64,000 nucleotides of DNA, from assembly GCA_040389685.1 (NCBI GenBank), contig JAZJZS010000013.1:107-64106 (forward strand), written 5' to 3'. This document shows positions 58,111-64,000 of this stretch, in pieces (the stretch's first letter is position 1; each line of letters starts with the position of its first letter). The translations under genes were made by a program, and so were the position numbers. Below the pieces are notes generated by a model that was given only the letters and a program-made list of their open reading frames with translations, was not told where the DNA came from and searched no databases. This DNA is from Actinomycetota bacterium. GTDB taxonomy: Bacteria > Actinomycetota > Actinomycetes > Actinomycetales > Microbacteriaceae.

Positions 58111-58409
58111 TGCGGCCGATTCATCTGGCCGGAACCGACAAGCTTCGCCCGGTCGTGATCCTCACGCGGGAAGAAGTTCGACCGTATCTGACTTGGGTCA
58201 CCGTCGCGCCGATAACATCCACGAGTCGCGGATTACAGACGGAGGTCATTGTCGGCCCACGCAACGGTCTGGATCATGAATCGGTCGTATCGTGCGACAA
58301 CCTCGAGACGATTCGAGCGACGGAAATTGGCCGACAGATCGGATTCCTCCTCCCCTCGCAGGAGCTCGCCCTCACCGAGGCGCTGCACGCCGCCTTCGAC
58401 CTCGAATAG
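58110..58409 (+). CDS. mazF: MazF/PemK endoribonuclease toxin
   Basis: MRPIHLA..DK.RPVVILTRE.VRP.LT.VTVAPIT...RGL.TEV...NGL...SVVSCDN; closely resembles M. tuberculosis MazF3 (Rv1102c) as recalled. Confidence 0.9.
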   Translation: MRPIHLAGTDKLRPVVILTREEVRPYLTWVTVAPITSTSRGLQTEVIVGPRNGLDHESVVSCDNLETIRATEIGRQIGFLLPSQELALTEALHAAFDLE

Positions 58410-58503
58410 GTCCGGCTCTCCACACCACATCCGCCCGACACACACATCCACAGATCGCGCGATCGCCCACTGACGCCCACTGCTACCTCGCCACACTGGC
58501 CGC

Positions 58504-59625
58504 ATGACAGTGATACTTAAGGCAAACGGCCCGGCCGACCTGCTCGCGATGGCGCCGCCGATGGTGGGCTTCCTGCCGCGCAACAGCGTCGTACTCGTCG
58601 CGTTCCGCGGCAAGCGAACCTGTGGCGCGATGCGGTTCGACCTCCCGGCATCCGCCGATCGCATCGTGCACAAGCGCGTCGCGACCACAATCGTCGGCAT
58701 GTTCTGCAAACTGCCGGCGGTGGATGCCGCGCTGGTGATCGTCTACACCGATGACGAGTTCGGCGCCGGTGATGCCATTCCGCAGGCGGCTTTCGCCGAA
58801 GTGATCGGGCGGCGCCTGCAGCTCTCGGGCTTCGAGCTGCGCGAGTCGATCTGCCAGGCGGCGGATGGCTGGGCATCCTATTTCGATCGCGACGTGCCGG
58901 CTGGCGGTCACCCGCTGGCCGAGATCGCCGAGTCGGCAGTTGCCCGCGCGATCGAGGGCCAGCGCGGGCTGTTCCCTCAGCCATCGACGACCATCGATCG
59001 CGTCCCTCGCGCCGAGAAGTCGCAGCGATCGCGAATGTCGAAGAGGCTTGCCGCGTATGAGAAAGTCAGGCAGGGTATCCAGCGCAATCAGGGGGAGTGT
59101 CCGCCCACCGTGCTCGATGTGCTCGGGGACATCCCGCTCTTCGCTGAGGGCGCACTGGCCTGGGACGCTGCCGCGCTCGATGCGGACGGCGCGCTTTTGG
59201 TCTTCGCACTGCAGGGTCCGCCGTTGCGGGATCTGGTGATGCTGCAGTGGGCCTTCGGCCTGGAGCTGGGCGACCGGCTGTGGGAGGGGGATTTGCACGA
59301 CGATTCCCCCGACGGGGCAAATGCGGACTCTGCGGAGTTGCTCATGGGATTCGGGCCGCGCCCCGATCCGCAGCGCATCGAGGGTGCCATCGCGCTCATG
59401 CTCGAGCTGACGTCGCGCACCGAGGATGCGAAGCGGCCACCCCTGCTCTGTATGCTCGCGTGGCTCAACTGGGCGCTCGGTCACGGAACTCAGGCCGGGC
59501 TGCACCTCGACGAGGCCCTGGCCATCGCGCCCACCTATTCGATGGCACGACTGCTCGAATCGATGACCCGCACCGGCATCCTGCCCGAGTGGGCATTCGA
59601 GGGGCCGTCCTCGCTGGTCGAGTAG
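58504..59625 (+). CDS. DUF4192 family protein
   Basis: DLLAMAPPMVGFLPRNSVVLVAF, GAMRFDLP, LRDLVM, LAWLNWALG.G..A. Confidence 0.85.
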   Translation: MTVILKANGPADLLAMAPPMVGFLPRNSVVLVAFRGKRTCGAMRFDLPASADRIVHKRVATTIVGMFCKLPAVDAALVIVYTDDEFGAGDAIPQAAFAEVIGRRLQLSGFELRESICQAADGWASYFDRDVPAGGHPLAEIAESAVARAIEGQRGLFPQPSTTIDRVPRAEKSQRSRMSKRLAAYEKVRQGIQRNQGECPPTVLDVLGDIPLFAEGALAWDAAALDADGALLVFALQGPPLRDLVMLQWAFGLELGDRLWEGDLHDDSPDGANADSAELLMGFGPRPDPQRIEGAIALMLELTSRTEDAKRPPLLCMLAWLNWALGHGTQAGLHLDEALAIAPTYSMARLLESMTRTGILPEWAFEGPSSLVE

Positions 59626-59656
59626 TGCCTGACGAAGGAGGACGCGTATCGAGACC
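59612..59656 (+). repeat. REP-family element overlapping the DUF4192 stop
   Basis: CGCTGGTCGAGTAG...CGTATCGAGACC. Confidence 0.8.
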
Positions 59657-59659
59657 AAA

Positions 59660-59920
59660 GTGGTACACCGCCCCAAGAGGAGTACGCACGTCTTCAGTGG
59701 GGGAGATCGGGGACGGGTAGTGTTGCCCAGCCGACTTCGGCAGCATCGTGGCTGGTCGGAGGGCACCACCCTCGTCGCAATCGAGACCGCGACCGGTGTT
59801 GTCGTTACGTCTCGTGAGGAACTGGAATTGATTGTGGAGCAACAGCTTGCCGGTGTGGATCTCGTGGCTCAGCTGCTCGAGGAACGGCGCGCATCCGCAG
59901 CTCTCGACGACCGCGCGTGA
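59660..59920 (+). CDS. AbrB/MazE/SpoVT-family antitoxin
   Basis: GDRGRVVLPSRLRQHRGWSEGTTL; GTGA overlap with PIN toxin. Confidence 0.82.
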   Translation: MVHRPKRSTHVFSGGDRGRVVLPSRLRQHRGWSEGTTLVAIETATGVVVTSREELELIVEQQLAGVDLVAQLLEERRASAALDDRA

Positions 59921-60297
59921 ACGTCTTCGACTCCTCCGCACTCATCGCCTATCTCCGCCGTGAATCGGGCAGCGATGTGGTGCGAGATCAGCTGCTTGAC
60001 GGGGGCGCGTGCAGTGCGGCCAACTGGTCCGAAGTGGCTCAGAAGGTGCGTGGAGCAGGTGCGGACTGGGGAATTTCCCGGGCGTTGCTCCTCAGCTACG
60101 AGCTCTCGGTCGAGCCAGTCACACCGGCGGATGCCGAGGAGGCAGCGCTGCTCTGGGCCGCGGGTTTCTCGCTGTCACTCGCAGATCGGCTGTGTCTGGC
60201 CCTGACGAATCGGCTCGCCGCAACGGCGTGGACGGCGGATGCCGAGTGGCGCGACTTGCCGAACGTGCGGATGATCCACTCTCCGGTGGTCGACTAG
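59917..60297 (+). CDS. vapC: VapC/PIN-domain toxin
   Basis: VFDSSALIAYL, SAANWSEV, LSLADRLCLAL, WTADAEW. Confidence 0.88.
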   Translation: MNVFDSSALIAYLRRESGSDVVRDQLLDGGACSAANWSEVAQKVRGAGADWGISRALLLSYELSVEPVTPADAEEAALLWAAGFSLSLADRLCLALTNRLAATAWTADAEWRDLPNVRMIHSPVVD

Positions 60298-60376
60298 TTC
60301 GCGCAGCGTGTGCTGGTCGAGTAGCTCGCGCAGCTTGTGCTGGTCGAGTAGGTCGCGCAGCGACCGTATCGAGACC
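60287..60376 (+). repeat. Cluster of three REP-family units (two truncated, one complete)
   Basis: GGTCGACTAGTTCGCGCAGC, TGCTGGTCGAGTAGCTCGCGCAGC, TGCTGGTCGAGTAGGTCGCGCAGCGACCGTATCGAGACC. Confidence 0.82.
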
Positions 60377-60394
60377 CGTGCACATATCCTGACG

Positions 60395-60545
60395 CCCGTT
60401 CATCCGCCGTCGCTCCACCATCGTGATCCCCACGCCGATCACCGTGCCCACCGAATTCGCGCGGATGTCGCTCCAGCTGAACCAGCACCGTGCCGAGCGA
60501 GATGTCGATGAACGCATCGACACGCGACGGCCAGAATCGAGACCC
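60395..60545 (-). pseudogene. Internally deleted vanZ-like copy
   Basis: Minus strand gives FWPSRVDAFIDISLG and, in another frame, SWSDIRANSVGTVIGVGITM, matching both ends of the intact gene at 62607-63032 with roughly 200 bp missing. Confidence 0.8.
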
Positions 60546-60573
60546 GCGTCGGTCAGGGCAAACGGCAGCGGCC

Positions 60574-60912
60574 TTACGCCGAATTCCGATCAATGTATTC
60601 GGCGAGTGCATCCCGAACAACATCGCTCTGTCGACGTCCCTGCCTCGCAGAGAGGCGGGTCAGCTTTTCGTCGAGGTCATGCGGAAGCCGAAATGTTCGC
60701 TGGGGCGACTTGTACCCGTGAGCTTGTCGTGCAGTCGTGCTCGAAAGAGCGGGGCGGCCACGAACAGCCCTTTCCACGGCTTCAGGCCCTCCAAGCGCCG
60801 TCTCCAGCATCGCTCGCCCTGATGCGGCAGCCTCCGCCCCCGACGTGAGCCGGGTATCTTGGCCAAACGCGGTGAGGTCTTCAGCCCCTTCGCCGAGAGA
60901 TGCATCATTCAT
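60574..60912 (-). CDS. RHH/CopG-type antitoxin (GRP motif, BrnA-like)
   Basis: RGRPAL...RTFRLPHDLDEKLTRLSARQGRRQSDVVRDALAEY; ATGA overlap with upstream toxin. Confidence 0.78.
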   Translation of the reverse strand: MNDASLGEGAEDLTAFGQDTRLTSGAEAAASGRAMLETALGGPEAVERAVRGRPALSSTTARQAHGYKSPQRTFRLPHDLDEKLTRLSARQGRRQSDVVRDALAEYIDRNSA

Positions 60913-61187
60913 CGATTCCTCCTCTCTTCAACCAATGTGATGATCTTTTGCCGTGCCTCCATGACGTGAAAGACGGATACATCGCCAGAATCGAGAATTT
61001 CCACCATTACCTCCAGAATGACGCCCGGTGCTCTCGCTGGACCGAGGAACAAAGCCGGCGCGCTACGGCCGAGGAGTCTCGGTTCATCGACATCATCAAC
61101 CCTGGCGACGGAAAAAAGTATTGCGTGCACGGCATCTTCGTGAGCGATTCCATGCCTGTCAGCGGAACCGCGGCACATGAGCGCCAC
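60909..61187 (-). CDS. Putative BrnT/RelE-like toxin
   Basis: SADRHGIAHEDAVHAI...LFLGP...ILEVMV...VFHVMEARQK. Confidence 0.7.
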   Translation of the reverse strand: MALMCRGSADRHGIAHEDAVHAILFSVARVDDVDEPRLLGRSAPALFLGPARAPGVILEVMVEILDSGDVSVFHVMEARQKIITLVEERRNR

Positions 61188-61469
61188 TATGTAGGTTCAC
61201 GATCAAAGCATAATTGTGCACTGCACAAAAGACGTAGCTGTGGGCGAAGAAACATGCTTTTCAGGTTTCTGGCTACGTGCCACGTCAGTCCGCGATCTTC
61301 ACTGTCGGTGGAACAGCTGTCGGCAGCGGAGCGGAGCGCAGTGCAGGAGAGGCCCTGCATAGGTCGCCGAACCTGCACCGCCGGCGACAGGCGCGCAGTG
61401 CCGATGACTTTCCCGACGTCAACTTCAGCGCTAATGCGCGAAGTGAGTGTGGATGGCTCGTCGGTCAGC

Positions 61470-61615
61470 CAGGAGGCAGCGCTTCTCTGGGGGGCAGGTT
61501 CCTCGCTGTCACTCGCAGATCGACTGTGTCTGGCCCTGGCGAATCGCCTCACGGCAATCGTGTTGACCGCGGATGCCGCCTGGCGTGACCTCCCAACGTG
61601 CGGATTATCCGCTGA
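61470..61615 (+). pseudogene. vapC C-terminal remnant
   Basis: EAALLWGAGSSLSLADRLCLALANRL...TADAAWRDLP, near-copy of 60136-60285 with a 1-bp deletion near the end; no 5' half. Confidence 0.82.
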
Positions 61616-61627
61616 TCAAGCCACAGC

Positions 61628-61663
61628 CAGCCGAGTAGCTCGCTCAGCGACCGAGTCGAGACC
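61628..61663 (+). repeat. Degenerate REP-family element
   Basis: CAGCCGAGTAGCTCGCTCAGCGACCGAGTCGAGACC. Confidence 0.65.
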
Positions 61664-61880
61664 TCCTCTCCGCAACACCCGAGCAGAGTTCCCAGGACTC
61701 AACCGATCGCCTGAGCGCGCCAAGGCCATCGGAGAGCCAGCACTACCGTCGCCTACATGCCGTCTCGACAACTGATCCCTGCGATGCCTTATGCAGTCGG
61801 CGCTGATGAATCCTCCTTCAGCGTTGCCGCGAGTGGCCCGATTGAAAGTTACCTTGACGACTTCGCGATTGATATGTAGC

Positions 61881-62117
61881 GTGGACAGTAGAGTTCTCAT
61901 TCTGCCGAGCGCTGGCCGACATGGCATCGATCCGGAGGACGCTCTGCACGCGATTCGCAACGCGATCCGCATTTGGGCACTCGACGAAAAGTTTTACCTG
62001 TATGTCGGTCCGGATTCAACCGGAGACCTCATCGAAGTCGGTGTGGTAATCGATCCGCCGACGCGCCTTGTTGTCCATGCGATGAGAGCGCGTCGCAAGT
62101 ACCTATCGAGGAAGTAG
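61881..62117 (+). CDS. Putative BrnT/RelE-like toxin (paralogue of 60909-61187)
   Basis: SAGRHGIDPEDALHAIRNA...LYVGPDSTGDLIEV...VVHAMRARRKY. Confidence 0.75.
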   Translation: MDSRVLILPSAGRHGIDPEDALHAIRNAIRIWALDEKFYLYVGPDSTGDLIEVGVVIDPPTRLVVHAMRARRKYLSRK

Positions 62118-62122
62118 CCACA

Positions 62123-62395
62123 ATGCCCAAATCCCTCCAGCAACGACTCGATCATGCGGATGCTCTCGTCGATGTTTTCGAGAATTATGAGCCGCGCTCC
62201 GAAGATCAGCGCGACGCTGCACCACACCGAGCCCTGGTTGCCGCGGTAGAGCAGCGCGCTGATGCCGATCGCGCGATTGTCGGAGCTGTGGCGGCCTTGC
62301 GCGATGCGCAGTTCTCATGGGCGTACATAGGCGCCTATTTGGGCACCTCAGGACAGGCGGCGCAGCAGCGGTACGGTGGGCGAGCCAGCGGGTAG
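62123..62395 (+). CDS. Putative HTH antitoxin
   Basis: ALRDAQFSWAYIGAYLGTSGQAAQQRYG; directly follows toxin. Confidence 0.72.
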   Translation: MPKSLQQRLDHADALVDVFENYEPRSEDQRDAAPHRALVAAVEQRADADRAIVGAVAALRDAQFSWAYIGAYLGTSGQAAQQRYGGRASG

Positions 62396-62436
62396 CGCTG
62401 TGGCATCTTTCTCGCCGGTTGAGTAGGTCGCTCAGC

Positions 62437-62540
62437 CAGTGCGGCCAACTGGTCCGAAGTGGCTCAGAAGGTGCGCGGAGCAGGCGCCGATTGGCCTATA
62501 CCTATATCTCGCGGATGATCCGCACTCCGCTGACCGACTA
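62437..62540 (+). pseudogene. vapC remnant (middle and 3' tip, internal deletion)
   Basis: CAGTGCGGCCAACTGGTCCGAAGTGGCTCAGAAGGTGCG matches 60012-60050; GCGGATGATCC..GACTAGTTCGCGCAGC matches the vapC end. Confidence 0.82.
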
Positions 62541-62594
62541 GTTCGCGCAGCTCGTGCTGGTCGAGTAGGTCGCGCAGCGACCCTATCGATACCG
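62533..62594 (+). repeat. REP-family pair (truncated plus complete)
   Basis: GACCGACTAGTTCGCGCAGC-TCGTGCTGGTCGAGTAGGTCGCGCAGCGACCCTATCGATACC. Confidence 0.78.
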
Positions 62595-62606
62595 TTGGCG
62601 CAACCC

Positions 62607-63032
62607 CTATTGACCGACCTTGCGCCGACGCACCAGCATTGTGATCCCTACGCCGATCGCGGCGCCCACCGAATTGGTGAGAATGTCGCTCCAACTCATA
62701 TTGCGCCCCGGAAGCAGCAGCGCCTGGCCGAGTTCGATGGACCCCGAGAGCGCGATGCTCGCGACCAGAGCGATCCACCAGTGGCGCCGATTCAACTGTG
62801 CCGCAGTCAGCGCACCCACGGGAACAAACAGCAGCACGTTGGCTGCGCGTTCGACGAACCGAAAGTCCACGACATCCGGGACCCCGACTGAGTGCAGAAA
62901 CTCGAGCACTCGCCCAAGTGAACCGTCGATGGGCGCGTCAACGGGAGAAGGCCAGAATCCGATCAGGAGGAATGCCGCGACATACGCCGCGCCCACCAGG
63001 GCGAGAAGTCGTCGGGTTCGACCTTGCAGCAT
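62607..63032 (-). CDS. VanZ-like membrane protein
   Basis: FWPSPVD, ERAANVLLFVPVG, SGSIELGQ, SDILTNSVG. Confidence 0.88.
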   Translation of the reverse strand: MLQGRTRRLLALVGAAYVAAFLLIGFWPSPVDAPIDGSLGRVLEFLHSVGVPDVVDFRFVERAANVLLFVPVGALTAAQLNRRHWWIALVASIALSGSIELGQALLLPGRNMSWSDILTNSVGAAIGVGITMLVRRRKVGQ

Positions 63033-63302
63033 AGGGGAAGCCTAGTGATGGTGGTGATCCAGAACGGCTCAAGCCTGTCATCGAAGTTATTCCGACGTGC
63101 GACCCGGCATGCTCTTGCGTGACACTCCAGATTGGAAGTCGAGTAGTTGGCTACTTGACCGCATCGAAACGGTTCCATTGTTGATGGCTTCCCTGGCAAC
63201 TACTTGCGCGCCAGCATCTCATATCAAAGAGCAGAATATAGGACTCCGGGTGGTGGTGATCGGATTCGCGCCAGTGTCACTGCCGAGTGCAACGATTGGC
63301 TC

Positions 63303-64000
63303 ATGAAACTTTGGCCGCACCCGGGACTTGCAACGGCTGATGAACAGCGAGGCATCAAGCTCTCGAACGGCACGATCGGTCGTATACGAGCGAGCGGTCT
63401 CCGCCTTCCGAGCGACGTTGGGCCTCCCGAAGGACCGCACTTCCGTTACGACGACGGGCCTCAATTGTTTTCGGGACGGCACGGTCGAGGGCCGCTGCAG
63501 GTTGCATGGGACACGAATCTGCTGGTCGGCTACTTCGAGCACGGTCACCAGCTTTGAGAAGGGGAGGCTCTGACGCAACTGCTTCTCACTCAGCAGGGCA
63601 AAGAGCTTGAGGGGCTCCAGCTGGTTGTCAGTCTCCGGGTTTTGCGCGACATGCGGTTCCACATTCTTCCTGGCGTGATCGATGACTCCAAGCGGAAGCC
63701 GCTCCCCGCGTCTCGAAGGCGGCAACGGCTCAACGCGTGGGAGGAGTTCTGTGCCGCGCTCGCTATTGTCGAAGACGAAGACGGCTACGGAGATCCGGTC
63801 CCGCCTGCACATTTGTCAGAGGGCGAACTCAACACGGCGCTGTCGCATGTGCCGACCGGGAACGACAGAGAATTCGTCGGCGACGCCGTCGCGCGGGGCA
63901 TGCACGTCTTCATGACTTGCGACAAGCGAATCCTCAAAGCTCGGAGCAACCTGGCACCGTTCGGACTACTACTCGCCAGCCCACTTGATCTCCTCGAAGA
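63303..64000 (+). pseudogene. PIN-like domain protein interrupted by an in-frame TGA (63555-63557); truncated by window end
   Basis: VAWDTNLL before the stop; same frame continues open as EGEAL...NDREFVGDAVARGMHVFMTCDKRIL...PLDLLE. Confidence 0.65.

Noticed and set aside
60287-60376. Short repeated units as a CRISPR array (also 41619-41690)
   Set aside because: There are no unique spacers; the units are members of the dispersed REP family.
63555-63557. TGA as selenocysteine or programmed readthrough
   Set aside because: The position is not a catalytic Cys-like site, no SECIS-like hairpin is evident, and a Trp codon mutation is simpler.
55800-64000. IS element, prophage or integron integrase explaining the accessory zone
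   Set aside because: No transposase, tyrosine or serine recombinase, phage gene or long terminal inverted repeat was seen in the window.

Overview
High-GC actinobacterial chromosome segment; gene order, rRNA and protein style suggest Microbacteriaceae (inference). It opens with the 3' end of an rRNA operon (23S tail, 5S). A housekeeping scaffold follows: tlyA-nadK-recN, pmt/rsmI, metG-tatD-rsmA-ispE, ABC-F, marR, tRNA-Gln, glmU-prs, gndA, rplY-pth-mfd. Several accessory blocks interrupt it. (1) A maltose-type ABC/LacI cassette (9.3-14.8 kb) is bracketed by a 23-bp duplication of the pmt 3' end. (2) A ~12-kb island (26.5-38.2 kb) between ispE and ABC-F encodes all five activity types of the mycobacterial methylthio-xylose (MTX) glycan-capping pathway: MTA phosphorylase, DUF2064 nucleotidyltransferase-like protein, NDP-sugar epimerase, polyprenol-P GT2 and GT-C transferase. 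It also encodes two membrane-anchored, Tat-motif molybdoenzymes of the MsrP/sulfite-oxidase family, a two-component system, a methyltransferase and a Ser/Thr-rich lipoprotein. This is the best candidate for an undescribed system: a renewable thioether-sugar antioxidant coat (hypothesis). (3) A toxin-antitoxin hotspot (57.8-64 kb) is punctuated by a GTAG-type REP family; one REP copy also sits in frame inside mfd. No CRISPR array, integrase or transposase is visible. All family calls come from motif recognition by eye; no searches were run.
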